DNA of 64,000 nucleotides from an uncultured Actinomycetes bacterium (GCA_963731925.1 CAVSXK010000026.1:21526-85525), one strand, 5' to 3'. Shown: positions 37,900 to 48,749, numbered from the stretch's first letter. Notes: generated by a model from the sequence alone, not told the origin. Numbers and translations: made by a program.

Positions 37900-37974
37900 G
37901 CGCCGGTAGCTCAGTCTGGACAGAGCGGCTGCCTTCTAAGCAGCGGGTCGCAGGTTCGAGTCCTGCCCGGCGCA
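37900..37974 (+). tRNA. tRNA-Arg (anticodon TCT)
   Basis: GCGCCGG TA GCTC AGTCTGGAC AGAGC G GCTGC CTTCTAA GCAGC GGGTC GCAGG TTCGAGT CCTGC CCGGCGC A. Confidence 0.85.
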
Positions 37975-38043
37975 CGAGCGAGACCGGGATCGGAACCCTG
38001 CCCATCGTCTCGAGGCCGCGAGGACGCTTGACAGGAGGTCCGA

Positions 38044-38070
38044 GGATTGGCGAGCGTCCGCATCGGGTAA
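38044..38070 (+). promoter_or_regulatory. candidate general-stress (SigB/SigF-type) promoter GGATTG-N15-GGGTAA upstream of small membrane protein and csbD
   Basis: Resembles GTTT-N15-GGGTAT consensus; about 37 nt upstream of the 38107 start. Confidence 0.25.
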
Positions 38071-38106
38071 TCCCCTGACCGACTGCGACGGAAGGGAGGG
38101 AAAACG

Positions 38107-38289
38107 ATGGACTTCGTCATTGCTGCTCGCGATTGTGGAGGCGGGGTTGCAACGATCCTGTGGATCATCGCGGCGGTCCTCGTCATCTTCGGGGTCGTCA
38201 CGCTGGTCCGCGGTGCGGTCCTGTACGGCATCGTTCTCATCATCATCGGCCTCTTGATCGGCCCAGGTGGTGTCAGCATCTTCTGCTGA
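38107..38289 (+). CDS. small hydrophobic membrane protein (60 aa)
   Basis: MDFVIAARDCGGGVATILWIIAAVLVIFGVVTLVRGAVLYGIVLIIIGLLIGPGG. Confidence 0.5.
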   Translation: MDFVIAARDCGGGVATILWIIAAVLVIFGVVTLVRGAVLYGIVLIIIGLLIGPGGVSIFC

Positions 38290-38320
38290 GGCAGGGATTC
38301 ACCGCACGGGAGGTGAGCAC

Positions 38321-38528
38321 CGTGGATGACAGCAAGCGACTCGAGATGGAAGGGAAATGGGATCAGGCGCGCGGACGCGTGAAGGAGGCCTGGGGCGTCC
38401 TGACCGACGACGAGCTCGATCGCACCGAAGGGAAGTGGGACCGACTGGTCGGGGTCATCAAGGAACGGACGGGAGAGTCAGCGGGTGACGTCGAGAGGAA
38501 GCTCCGAGAACTCTTCGACAAGATCTGA
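38321..38528 (+). CDS. csbD: CsbD-family general stress protein
   Basis: GKWDQARGRVKEAWGVLTDDELDRTEGKWDRLVGVIKERTG; GTG start with GGGAGG RBS; small hairpin cgttcg-agc-cgaacg right after the stop. Confidence 0.75.
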
Positions 38529-38554
38529 CGTTCGAGCCGAACGAGCGCGAGAGC

Positions 38555-38749
38555 TCAGCCATGGCGGGTGTCCTCGCCTGTGGCGAGGCGAGGCGGCCCA
38601 ACGAGAGAGGGAAGCTGGTCCCGCCATGGCTGAAGATCGTCGTCGTCCTCGAAGAACTCGGCGAAACACACACCGCAGGTTCCGAAGATCACCGTGTTGA
38701 CGCCACGGCACTCCGGGCAGTCGGCCACGGTCATGGAGGGGCTCATCAC
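38555..38749 (-). CDS. small Cys-rich hypothetical protein (possible zinc ribbon)
   Basis: CPECRGV...CGVC pairs; weak. Confidence 0.25.
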   Translation of the reverse strand: MMSPSMTVADCPECRGVNTVIFGTCGVCFAEFFEDDDDLQPWRDQLPSLVGPPRLATGEDTRHG

Positions 38750-38904
38750 CGCAAAACTACGGGCTCCTCGTGACGGCCCCGCGTACCGCTCCGTGGCCGC
38801 TCCGTGAACAATTCTGGGCGAGAGCCGCGTCTCCCACGTGGCGACCCGGCGGCTCAGGACGCGACTACCATGACGGCTCCGTCGACCCGTCGAGGGACGA
38901 TCCG

Positions 38905-39612
38905 ATGGTGCTGAAGATCCGAAGGGATGACGAGATCTCCGACGTGGACGGCGGCTGGTTCCGGGCCCGCTGGCATTACTCGTTCGACACCTACGTCGAC
39001 CCGGAGTACACGTCGTTCGGAACGATGCGGGTCTTCAACGACGACCGGCTCGTGCCGGGCGCCGTCTGGCCGATGCACCCGCACCGCGACATCGAAGGTC
39101 TCACGTACGTCGTCGAGGGCCTCTTCGGCCACGAGGACAACGTCGGGGGTCCGCCGGGACCGCTGCCCGCGGGTTCGGTGCAGCGGATGACGCTCGGGAG
39201 CGGTGCCTTCCACTCGGAGCGGAACGCATCGGCGGCCGAGCCGATGCGGTTCATCCAGATCTGGATCATGCCGGCGGAACGAGGCCTTGCGCCGGGCGTC
39301 GAGCAGAAGGTGTTCACCACCGAAGACCGGACCGACCGGTGGCTCGAGGCCATCAGCGGGGGCGGAGGCGACGCGGTGCTCGTCCACCAGGACGCGAGCG
39401 TCTCGGTCTCGCGCCTGAACGCCGGCCGGTCGCTCGAGCATCCGCTCGCGACCGGGCGGGGCGCCTACCTGTACGTGATCGAGGGTGACGTCGGCGTCAA
39501 CGGGGAGCGCATGGAGACGGGCTCCGCGGCGCAGATCACGGCCGAGCAACGGGTCGAGATCGCGGCCAGGTCGACGAGCGAGCTGATCCTGGTCGACGTC
39601 GCGGTAACGTAG
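38905..39612 (+). CDS. pirin-family cupin protein
   Basis: MVLKIRRDDEISDVDGGWFRARWHYSFD...HPHRDIEGLTYVVEG (metal-binding His cluster). Confidence 0.85.
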   Translation: MVLKIRRDDEISDVDGGWFRARWHYSFDTYVDPEYTSFGTMRVFNDDRLVPGAVWPMHPHRDIEGLTYVVEGLFGHEDNVGGPPGPLPAGSVQRMTLGSGAFHSERNASAAEPMRFIQIWIMPAERGLAPGVEQKVFTTEDRTDRWLEAISGGGGDAVLVHQDASVSVSRLNAGRSLEHPLATGRGAYLYVIEGDVGVNGERMETGSAAQITAEQRVEIAARSTSELILVDVAVT

Positions 39613-39619
39613 CCGCCCC

Positions 39620-40540
39620 CTAGCCCGCAGCCTTCTTGCGCGACCGCTTCGATCGATCCCGCTTGGCGGCCTCGACGCTCTCCCTGAGGGCGGCCATGAG
39701 CTCCTCGACGGCCGATCCCGACACCGCGCTCGGCTCGGCGGCCGGCTTCTTCGACGGGGTTCGCTCGGCCAGCAGACGGAGGAGCTCATCTCGGTAGGTG
39801 TCCGCGTAGGCCGCCGGGTCCCACTCGGTCTTCAGCGTATCGATGAGCGTGACGGCGAGATCCAGCTCCCGCTCGTCGACCTCGACCCCGTCCAGGCCGG
39901 GGACGAGCGCCGCGGGATCGCGCACCTCGTCGCCGAAGAACATCGTCTCGACCGCCAACACCTTCTCCATCGGGCGGATCGCGACGAGGTGCGGCTTGGT
40001 CCGAAGCACGAAGCGGCCGACCCCGATGCGTCCGGCTTCGCGCATCGCGTGGTGGAACAGGACGTAGGGCTTGGTCGCCTCGGTCGATGCCGGGACGGCG
40101 TAGTAGCTCTTCTCGAAGAAGACCGGGTCGATCTGCGCGAGCTCGACGAAGTCCTCGATGTCGATGGACCGGCTCCGCTCCGGACGGATCCGCTCGATCT
40201 CCTCCCGCGGAACCGTCACGACGTCACCCTCGTCGGTCTCCACGCCGCGGACGACGTCCTCCCATGCGACCGGCGCTTCGACCGGGACCGTCGGGCGTTC
40301 GGGCTCGCCCCCACCGACGAGCGGGGCTTCCTCCTCCTCCCGCTCGGTCCTCGGAGCGTCGGACCGGTCGATCCCGGGTGACGTCTCGTCGGTCTCCACG
40401 ACCCGTTGGTACCGGATGCGTCGTCCTTCGCGGTCGTAGAGGTGGAACCGCACGTCCTTGGGCTGGGTCGCGGGGTAGAGGCGGACGGGCAGCGTGATCA
40501 GCCCGAAGGACAGGGTCCCCGTCCACACGGCGGTCGCCAT
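39620..40540 (-). CDS. ku: non-homologous end-joining protein Ku
   Basis: MATAVWTGTLSFGLITLPVRLYPAT... Ku core plus basic C-terminal tail (KRSRKKAAG); no ligD adjacent. Confidence 0.88.
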   Translation of the reverse strand: MATAVWTGTLSFGLITLPVRLYPATQPKDVRFHLYDREGRRIRYQRVVETDETSPGIDRSDAPRTEREEEEAPLVGGGEPERPTVPVEAPVAWEDVVRGVETDEGDVVTVPREEIERIRPERSRSIDIEDFVELAQIDPVFFEKSYYAVPASTEATKPYVLFHHAMREAGRIGVGRFVLRTKPHLVAIRPMEKVLAVETMFFGDEVRDPAALVPGLDGVEVDERELDLAVTLIDTLKTEWDPAAYADTYRDELLRLLAERTPSKKPAAEPSAVSGSAVEELMAALRESVEAAKRDRSKRSRKKAAG

Positions 40541-40682
40541 CGCGTCCAGCGTACCTACGTGACGACGGGTGAGGAAGGGGTTCACGATCGGGCGTAACGT
40601 GCACCCGCGTGTCACGTTCTGCGGACACGCACGGACGAGGCCACGAGGCCCGGCGAAGGAGAACCCGATCGACGATCAGAGC

Positions 40683-42401
40683 GTGAGTTCGACTTCCGCG
40701 ATCGCCGAGATCCGCAGGGATCTCGGGGTTTCGGCGCGGGCCCTCGTCTCGTCCTTCCGCAATCCGAACCTCGCCCGAGCCCAGCTGGCGTTCGTCGCGT
40801 TCAGCATCTGCGAATGGGCGAGCTTCATCGCGCTCATGGTGTTCGCGTTCGACGAGGGCGGTGCGGCAGCGGTCGGCGTCATCTCCCTGGTCCAGCTGAT
40901 CCCCGCGGCGGTGATCGCCCCGCTCGGGTCGGTCCTCGGCGACCGCTTCCGTCGCGAGCGCGTCTTCCTGCTCGCCGAGGCGTCCATGTGCGTCGCGTGC
41001 GCGTCGGCGGCTGCGGCCGCCCTGCTCGACGCGCCCGCGCTGGTCGTCTATGCCGCCGCATGCTCGGTGGGCTGGATCCTGACCCTCGTGCGCCCGACCC
41101 ACGGGGCGCTCCTCCCGTGGCTCGCTCGGGACCCGACCGAGCTCACCACGGCCTACACGGCCGCGGGTCTGATCGAGAGCATGAGCGCGCTCCTCGGACC
41201 GTTGCTCGCGACGATCTTCTTCGCGCTGGGCGGATCGTTCGGGATCTCCGGACCCGGACTCGTGTACGCCGCGCTCGCCGTCCTCCTCGGGGTCGGTTCG
41301 GTCCTGATCGTGCGGATCCGAACGCCGGGACCACCGGCCGAGCCGGAGCATGAGCGGTCCGCGGTGTTCCGCGAGCTCGGTGCGGGCTTCCGCTACGTGT
41401 GGTCCGATCCTCGGCCGCGCGTCCTCGTCGGCACGCTCGGACTGTGGACCTTCGTGCTCGGCTTCATCGACGTCCTGATCGTCGTCCTCGCGCTGGACGT
41501 CCTCGGGATCGGTGAGACGGGTGTGGGCGCCCTGAGCGCCGCGCTCGGGATCGGCGGGGTGATCGGCGCCGCGATCGCGGTGGTCGCCGGCAGCCGCGAA
41601 CGGTTGTTCCCGGCCTTCCGAGCGGGATCGTTCCTGTACGGGGTTCCGGTGTCGGCGATCGGAGCCTTCCCCCCGCTCGCCCCGGTCTTGCTCGGCGTCG
41701 CCGGCTCCGGCGCGGTCCTGTACGACGTCTCGGGCAGGACGATGCTGCAGCGCCTGATCCCGGACCAGAAGCTCACCCGTTCCCTCGGCGTGCTCGAGTC
41801 CGTGTACATGGGGAGCGAGGGCCTCGGCGCCTTCGCCGGTGCGGCCCTGGTGGCGTCGCTCGGTACCGCGTGGACCTTCGTGATCGCCGGCGCGATCGTC
41901 CCCGTCGTGTGCTTGGCGCTCCGCCGGGGACTTCGAGCCGTCGACGTCGGCGCGAGGGTCCCGGCCGAGGACCTCGCGCTCCTCCGCGCGACGTCGCTCT
42001 TCGAACCGCTCCCCCCGTCGGCGCTCGAGCGACTCGCTCGTAACAGCGTCCCGGTCGTCGTATCGGCGGGCACCGTCGTGATCCGCGAAGGAGACGTCGG
42101 CGATCGCGTGTACGTGATCGCGGACGGCCACGCGGACGTGACCACGAGCGGGAACCACGTGGCGACGCTCGGACCCGGGGATCACGTCGGCGAGATCGCC
42201 CTGCTCCGGGACGTTCCGCGAACGGCCACCGTCACCGCGTCGTCTCAGGTACGGCTCCTTTCGCTCGAACGCGACGTGTTCCTGCGCACGATGACCGGGC
42301 ACGAGCCCGCACACGCCGCGGCTCACTCCGCCGCCGAGGATCGGCTGCACGAGCTCTCCACCCCAGGCCAGGCAGACACGCGGAGCGACCCGGAGGACTG
42401 A
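40683..42401 (+). CDS. MFS transporter fused to a C-terminal cyclic-nucleotide-binding domain
   Basis: 12 predicted TM segments followed by a CNB domain (..VIREGDVGDRVYVIADGHADV...GEIALLRDVPRTATVTA..); GTG start approximate. Confidence 0.78.
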   Translation: MSSTSAIAEIRRDLGVSARALVSSFRNPNLARAQLAFVAFSICEWASFIALMVFAFDEGGAAAVGVISLVQLIPAAVIAPLGSVLGDRFRRERVFLLAEASMCVACASAAAAALLDAPALVVYAAACSVGWILTLVRPTHGALLPWLARDPTELTTAYTAAGLIESMSALLGPLLATIFFALGGSFGISGPGLVYAALAVLLGVGSVLIVRIRTPGPPAEPEHERSAVFRELGAGFRYVWSDPRPRVLVGTLGLWTFVLGFIDVLIVVLALDVLGIGETGVGALSAALGIGGVIGAAIAVVAGSRERLFPAFRAGSFLYGVPVSAIGAFPPLAPVLLGVAGSGAVLYDVSGRTMLQRLIPDQKLTRSLGVLESVYMGSEGLGAFAGAALVASLGTAWTFVIAGAIVPVVCLALRRGLRAVDVGARVPAEDLALLRATSLFEPLPPSALERLARNSVPVVVSAGTVVIREGDVGDRVYVIADGHADVTTSGNHVATLGPGDHVGEIALLRDVPRTATVTASSQVRLLSLERDVFLRTMTGHEPAHAAAHSAAEDRLHELSTPGQADTRSDPED

Positions 42402-42458
42402 ACCCGGGCGCCTCATCGGTCTCACACCTGCCGCCGGGCAGGTCAGGTAGGCCGTCGG

Positions 42459-42953
42459 CTATGCCTCGGAAGGGTCGAGGTTGGCGAGGATCTCCGCGGC
42501 CTTGGCCTCGCGGTGTTTGCGGACGGCCTCGTCGAACTCGGGACGCGAGCGCCCGAGGATCTGCGCGGCCAGGATCGCCGAGTTCACGGCGCCCGCCTTG
42601 CCGACGGCGAGCACGCCGACGGGGATCCCACCCGGCATCTGCACCATCGAGAGCAGCGAGTCGAGCCCCCCAGCCAGCTTGGACTCCATCGGGACGCCGA
42701 GGACCGGCCGCGTCGTCTGCGCGGCGACGACGCCGGGGAGCGCCGCGGCCATGCCGGCGGCCGCGATGAACACCTCCGCGCCTCGGGACTCGGCGTCCGC
42801 GATCCAAGCGGTGAGCTCGCGCGGGGTCCGATGCGCCGAGAGCACGCGGGTCTCGAACGGGACGCCGAACGCCTCCAGCTGCCGGGCGCAGTGCTGCATC
42901 GTCTCCCAGTCGGACGCCGATCCCATCACGACGCCGACGAGCGGCTCGGTCAT
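42459..42953 (-). CDS. purE: N5-carboxyaminoimidazole ribonucleotide mutase
   Basis: LVGVVMGSASDWETM...SAHRTP...AAGMAAALPGVVAA. Confidence 0.85.
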   Translation of the reverse strand: MTEPLVGVVMGSASDWETMQHCARQLEAFGVPFETRVLSAHRTPRELTAWIADAESRGAEVFIAAAGMAAALPGVVAAQTTRPVLGVPMESKLAGGLDSLLSMVQMPGGIPVGVLAVGKAGAVNSAILAAQILGRSRPEFDEAVRKHREAKAAEILANLDPSEA

Positions 42954-43029
42954 CTCGTTCGGGTTCCCTCCTGTGGGCCCTTGCAGTGTAGTTGACGAGT
43001 GTCGTTCCACCGCACCAGCCGCGAGCGGT

Positions 43030-44799
43030 GTACAAAGCTGCCGTGGAGGGGATCAGGAGCGCGAGATCGCCGGCTTCGGATCGAGTCCGAGATCGGTCGT
43101 GGAGGGATGGGCGTCGTCTACCTCGCCATCAGGAGTTCCCCGAGCGGCGGGTAGCGCTGAAGCTGCTTGCGCCGGACGTAGCCTCGGACCGGTGTTCCGC
43201 GAGCGGTTCATCCGCGAATCGAACGCGGCCGCCTCGACCGAGCACCGCACATCGTGCCGATCTACGGCGCCGGGGAGTCCGATGGGCATCTGTATCTCGC
43301 GATGCGCTACATCGAGGGCACCGATCTCGGGACGCTGCTCGCCGCGAGGGAAGCCTCTCCCGAACCGCGCCAGCCGGATCTGCGGCGAGATCGCGGACGC
43401 CCTCCAGGCGGCGCACGACCGCGGGCTGATCCACCGCGACGTCAAGCCCGGGAACATCCTGCTCGATGCACGTGACCACGCCTACCTGACCGACTTCGGG
43501 CTGATCCGGCGCACGAAGCTGCACACGGACCTCACCAGGACCGGTCAGTTCATGGGGACGATCGACTACGTTGCGCCTGAGCAGATCAAGGGCGGAGAGA
43601 TCGACGGCCGGGTGGACGTGTACTCGCTCGGATGCGTGCTGTACGAGTGCCTGACCGGTGCTCCCCGTTCCGCAGGGCTCGAGGTCGCCACGATGTACGC
43701 GCACCTTGAGGACCTCCCCACGGCCGAGCTCGAAGCGGCCGGGCATGTTCCCCGGACTGGTGGCGACCGTCCAGAAGGCGATGGCCAAGCGGCCTGAGGA
43801 TCGGTTCGCGACGCCGGGAGAGATGGCCGATGCGCTCAAAGGTCGCGCGGTTCGGCACGACCAGCGGGGCGCCGGTGGGTCGCCGGCGCGGTGGCAGCGT
43901 TCCTGGCCATCGCCATCGTGGTCTCCATCGCGGTCCTTTCCGACGACGACCCCTCCACTGCCCCTCCGGACGCCTCGACCGGCGCGACCATCCCGTGAAC
44001 TCGCTCGTCCAGATCGACGCGAATGACAGTGCGATCCTCTCGGTCACGCGACCAGCGCCGGCTCCGGAGGGGATCTCCGGCGGTCGCCGTCGGAGAAGGC
44101 GCCGTCGGATGCCGTGAGCGGGACGCTCGGCCGTGTGGATGCCGCCGAGCCGGCCGGCATCGATGCGGTGACGATCGGAACCATCAACACGACCCCTCGT
44201 TCGCGCTCGCTGAGCGCCTGGTCTGGGCGCGACCGACACCGGCATCGCGCGCGTCTCGGCCACCGACCTCCGGCCCCTGGGCGACATCGAGCTAGCAGAG
44301 GGTTCGATCGTGTCGGTCTACGTCACTGCGGGGGGTGGGCGGGTCTGGGCCGTCCTGTCCACGGTCAGCTCACCGAGATCGATCCGAGGACCGCAGAGGT
44401 GATCGAGAGCATCGACGTCGGCCAGAGCGCCAGCGGCATCACCGCCGGCTTCGGTGCGGTCTGGGTCGCCGACGATCTCACCGGCACGATCACCCCCGTC
44501 GGCATGGAGACACTCCAGCCTGGAACGCCATCGCGATGCCGGGCGACATCGACGACCTCGAGGCCGGCGCCGGAGCGGTCTGGTACCTCGACACCGACGC
44601 GGGCGTCGTAACGCCGCTCGACCCCGACACCGGTGCCCTCCGTTCGCCCGTCTGGGTCGGGGTCCGACTGACGGATCTCGCCTCAGGGCTCGGCGCCCTC
44701 TGGGTGACGAACAACGGGGACGGCACGATCTCGAAGGTCGACCCGGTCACCGGTGGCTCTACGACGCTGGACCTATGCGCTCGGGCGCGAGCAGTGTAG
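43030..44799 (+). pseudogene. Ser/Thr protein kinase with C-terminal beta-propeller-like repeat domain, broken by >=5 frameshifts (pseudogene or indel errors)
   Basis: Kinase subdomains spread over 3 frames: EIGRGGMGVVYLA | ALKLLAPD | IVPIYGAGESDGHLYLAMRYIEG | HRDVKPGNILL...DFGL...GTIDYVAPE...DVYSLGCVLYECLTG; C-terminal repeats GTITPV / GVVTPLDP / GTISKVDPVTG. Confidence 0.6.
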
Positions 44800-46258
44800 A
44801 CGGGCGAACGAGCTGTGGGTCGTCGTCGCGGACGCAGTAGCCGCCCTCAACCCCGAACAGGCGCTCGCCGAGCTCGGCCGCGATCTCGACGACGTCGAGC
44901 ACGTCCTCCTCGGTGGTTCGGAAGTTCACGAAGCACGGGCGAAGCCAGACCTCGTCGTCGACCAGCGCGCTCGACATCCACACGCGCCCGTCGGCTTGGA
45001 TCTCCTGGGCCAGCCGATGGTTGTGGGAGCCGACGTCCCCGACCCCGGCCGGCGCGTGACGGAAGGCCACGATCGACAGCTTCGGCGGCGCGAGCACCTC
45101 GAAGTCGTCCCTGGCCGAGACCGTTCGGTACAGGAGCTGGGCCTGCCCCAGGTTGCGTTCGATCGCCTCGGCGAACGCCGCCGCCCCGTGCACCCGCATC
45201 GCGAGCCAGAACTTGAGCGCACGGAAGGGTCTCGAGTACTCGAACGTCGTCTCCATCGCGTGCAGCTCGTGCCGCTGGTGCGGCAGGTACCCCTGCTCGT
45301 GCCCGAACGACGCCACGAGGGCCTCCTGCTCGCGCACCAGCAGGATCCCGCACGCCTTCGGCAGGTAGAGCCACTTGTGGGCGTCGACGGAGACGGAGTT
45401 CGCGCGCTCGAACCCGATGAAGAGCTCGGGTCGAGCGGCGACGGCCGGCAGCCCGTAGGCGCCGTCGACGTGGAACCACACGCCTCGCTCCTCGCAGATG
45501 TCCGCGATCGCCGCGAGCGGATCGATCGCGCCGGTGAGCGTGGTGCCCGCGCTCGCCACCACGGCGATCGGCGTGACCCCGTCGGCGAGGTCCCGGTCGA
45601 TCGCGTCCGCGAGGGCCTCCGGGACGAGCCCGCGTTCGGGCCCGAGCGGGATCGCGCGCAGGTTGGCGGAGCCGACGCCAAGCGTCTCGACGGCTCGGGT
45701 GACCGAGTAGTGCACCTCCTGCGAGCAGTAGATCGCCACCCGCTTTCCGCCCAGGCCCTCGTAGCGAGAACCGGGCAACGCGTGTTCGCGCGCGGCGGCG
45801 AGCGCGGTCGTGTTCGAGACCGTGCCGCCGCTCGTGAACGCCCCCGCGGCGTCGGGCGCGTAGCCGATGAACTCGGCCGCCCACCGGACCGCTTGCTTCT
45901 CGACAAGCGTCGCCGCCCGCGCGTCGACGGCGAGGTTGATGTCGTACGTGTGCGCGAGCAGGTCCGCGATCGTTCCGATCTCGAGTCCGCTCGAACCGAC
46001 GCCGACGAAATATCGGGGCCGGGGCTGCGCGATCGACTCGTCGAGGATCCGGGCGGCGTCGTCGACCGCCTCGTGAGCGGAGGCGGGGCCGGTCGGGAGC
46101 TCGGTCTGCAGGAGCCGCCGAACGCGTTCGTCGAGGGGAGGTTCCTCGGGCCGGTATCGATCGAAGCTCTGCCAGGCCTCGGCGACCAGCTTGACCGCGT
46201 GTTCGAGCACCTCTTCGCGCGGGGCGTCGAGCCGCAGCGGAGGTTCGTTCCCGATCAT
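44759..46258 (-). CDS. PLP-dependent group II decarboxylase (glutamate/aromatic-amino-acid decarboxylase family)
   Basis: ...SGGTVSNTTAL..., PLP-Lys region SVSVDAHKWLYLPKACG; about 500 aa. Confidence 0.85.
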   Translation of the reverse strand: MIGNEPPLRLDAPREEVLEHAVKLVAEAWQSFDRYRPEEPPLDERVRRLLQTELPTGPASAHEAVDDAARILDESIAQPRPRYFVGVGSSGLEIGTIADLLAHTYDINLAVDARAATLVEKQAVRWAAEFIGYAPDAAGAFTSGGTVSNTTALAAAREHALPGSRYEGLGGKRVAIYCSQEVHYSVTRAVETLGVGSANLRAIPLGPERGLVPEALADAIDRDLADGVTPIAVVASAGTTLTGAIDPLAAIADICEERGVWFHVDGAYGLPAVAARPELFIGFERANSVSVDAHKWLYLPKACGILLVREQEALVASFGHEQGYLPHQRHELHAMETTFEYSRPFRALKFWLAMRVHGAAAFAEAIERNLGQAQLLYRTVSARDDFEVLAPPKLSIVAFRHAPAGVGDVGSHNHRLAQEIQADGRVWMSSALVDDEVWLRPCFVNFRTTEEDVLDVVEIAAELGERLFGVEGGYCVRDDDPQLVRPSTLLAPERIGPAS

Positions 46259-47230
46259 CGCTCGGATGGTACCCGGACGGCCTCGGGGACCTGCTCTTCG
46301 ACCGGCCGGCGGAGCGCGCCGAGGTAGACGCCCATCAACACCAGGACCGAGCGTGCGGCGAACGCCCACGTGATGCGTTCGTCCTGCAGCCACCACGCCA
46401 GGACGATCGCGACCAGCGGGATCAGCACGCCCTCATACGAGACGCGCTGGCCGTCCAGCGGCGCAGCACGAAGACGTACAGGGTGAAGACCACGACCGAG
46501 CCGAGGATCACGAGGTAGGCCTGCGCGAGCCACGTCCTGGTGAGCTCGGGAACGACGTGGGCCTCGCCGTAGATCGCGCTGAGCGCGAGCAGCATGGCCC
46601 ACCCACGCCCAGTCCGATCGCGTTCATCGCCGCGGATGCACGGGCGGGAACGCCTTCACCACGATGCCGGTCTCGGCGAAGCAGGCGGCGCCCGCGAGGA
46701 GAGCCAGCAACGAGCTGAGCGGAACCCCGGCGCCGACCCCCTCGCGGAAGATCACCGCCATCCCGGCGATCGCGAGGATCCCGCCCGCCAGCCCGCCCCA
46801 CCGGAACCGTTCCTGCCGATGCGCGAGCGCGAACACGAACGTGAGCAGGGGAACGGTCGCGAGCAGGATGGCCCCGAGACCTCCGGAGACACGCTGCAAC
46901 CCCCAGTAGGCGAACGCGAACGCAGCGCCGAACCCCAACACGCCGTAGAGCACGGCGCCGAGGAGGGCTCGACCGCGTGGCATCCCGGTTCGGAGCGCGA
47001 GCGCGATGACGACGAAGATCAGCGGAAGCGAGCAGGAAGCGCGTCGCGGCGGCCCAGAACGGATCGAGCTCGCACGCCTCGCAGGAGATGTACCGGACGC
47101 GATGACGTTGCCGCCCGCCAGCGTCACGAACAGACCGAAGGCCACGAGGGTGACGCGGTCGGGTCCCTGCTCCCTTCGGGCATCCGCCACGGTTGCAGAG
47201 CCTATCCGTCCTTGGTTGGGGTTCCCCCAC
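46255..47230 (-). pseudogene. EamA/DMT-family transporter split over >=3 frames
   Basis: Hydrophobic EamA-like segments in ORFs 46255-46602, 46508-46640 (third frame) and 46624-47370. Confidence 0.45.
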
Positions 47231-47359
47231 CGACGCGTGTTCGGGAGGGTCGTCGTCGAGCCGCGGATCCGACGATCCTCCCGGACGCCGCAACTCAACC
47301 CGCGCGCTTGATCGACATGCGAAGCGGGCGGCCCGGATGCGGGCCGCCCGTCTCGCGGA

Positions 47360-48430
47360 TCACCGTTCAAGCGTGGAGAGAACGGCCGAACCAGCAGCGT
47401 CCCCCTTAGTGCCGGCCCTTCGGGCTACTGCTTGATCGAACTTCGAGACGTTCGTGATCTTCCAGACCTCTCCGTTCAGGGTGGTGACGAACGCGGTGTT
47501 ACCCGACGAAATCGAGCGAGGTTGGCAGGTCCAGCTCGTCGACCAGCACGGAGAACGAACCGTTTCGGTTGACGAGGAGCAGCTCACCGCTGTCCGGCGC
47601 CGCCGGACTCGCCGGGGGGACGTTGCCCGGCGAGTCACCCTGCGAGAGCGCGTAGAGCGCCCCGTCGGGACCGGGTTCGACGTCGACGAGCAGGCTGAAA
47701 CCGGACGCAACTCGTGAGCGTTCGGCCCGGCAGCGTTCAACGGGAACGAGACGACCTTCCCCGTCGCCGGGACATGAGGGATCGGGCCTGCCTGAGCCAG
47801 GAAGACCGTGCCGTGAGTCACCGCCAGCCCCGTGGGGACGATGTTCGTGAACTGAATCCGCTGCGTGATCTCACCCGTGGACGACACGTGGAGGACCCGG
47901 TTGTGGTGTCCGTCCGAGACGAGGAACCCATCGGGGACGGGCTGGAGCGCGAATTGGACGCCGTCCGGTAGATCGAACGCGGTCGCGGGGGGATGGTCGA
48001 TCGACCAGGTGCCGAGGTCGGCGAAGACCGAGAAGCCCCCCGATCCGTCCCTCCGGTAGATGCCGACGACGCTGTTTCCCCCGACGTCCGGACCTACGAC
48101 CGTCACCAACACGTACATGGTTGTCCGACGAACGCGACGTCGATCGCCCCACCGAGGGGGATCACCTGAGGCGGGAGTCCACTTGCGAACGTCGTGGCGT
48201 TGCCGGTCGTGGGATCGATGCGTGTGATCTGGCCGAGCTGCTGCCTCGGGGACGTAGAGCGCGCCATCAGGCCCGATGGTTGCGCCGACCGAGCCTTGGA
48301 GCCCATCCGCAAGCAACGTGACCTGCATCGGAGGCGTCGGGGCCTTCCGAGCGTGTGCCCCTGCCGGAACGGCAGCGATCGATCCGGTGATCACACTCAC
48401 GACGATCGCGAAAAGCGTGATGATGCGGGT
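47360..48430 (-). pseudogene. secreted beta-propeller protein (ScyD/ScyE-like guess) with frameshifts
   Basis: Signal peptide RRTRIITLFAIVVSVITGSIAAVPAGAHA, ..IGPDGALYVPEAAA.. propeller blades; C-terminal half readable only in alternate frames (e.g. 48103-48312). Confidence 0.45.
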
Positions 48431-48481
48431 TCTCCTCACGGCCTTCTCCTCTCGGACATCCGATGGATGGATCCTCCTCAG

Positions 48482-48749
48482 TCGTAGAAGTACGGATCGA
48501 GGACTCGGACCTGCGTGATCACGTCGACGGGGAGATCGTTCCGTGCGGCGGTCCTGCGGATCGCCTCGGGGTCGGCGCCTCGTAAACGCAGAACGACTTC
48601 GTCCGGTCGTCACTCACGTAGGAGTGGAGCCAGGTGACGCCTTCATCGGCGTTGCGTTCACCGATCGCGAGGCACAGCTCGGCGCCGTCTGTGTCCGCCG
48701 GAACGTGCCAGCCGTCCGGGAACGTCCGTTCTACGACGTACCGTGGCAT
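48482..48749 (-). CDS. DUF4242 family protein with single-base deletion (C-homopolymer) near 48585
   Basis: MPRYVVERTFPDGWHVPADTDGAELCLAIGERNADEGVTWLHSYVSDDRTKSFCVYEAPTP | (frameshift) EAIRRTAARNDLPVDVITQVRVLDPYFYD*. Confidence 0.6.

Noticed and set aside
33736-38031. 525-aa and 704-aa plus-strand ORFs opposite amidohydrolase/ALDH
   Set aside because: Antisense artifacts. Only the 3' 150 codons of the 36104-37312 ORF (CNB protein) are credible.
40224-42425. 733-aa minus-strand ORF opposite the MFS-CNB gene
   Set aside because: Antisense artifact, R/D/E/G-rich.
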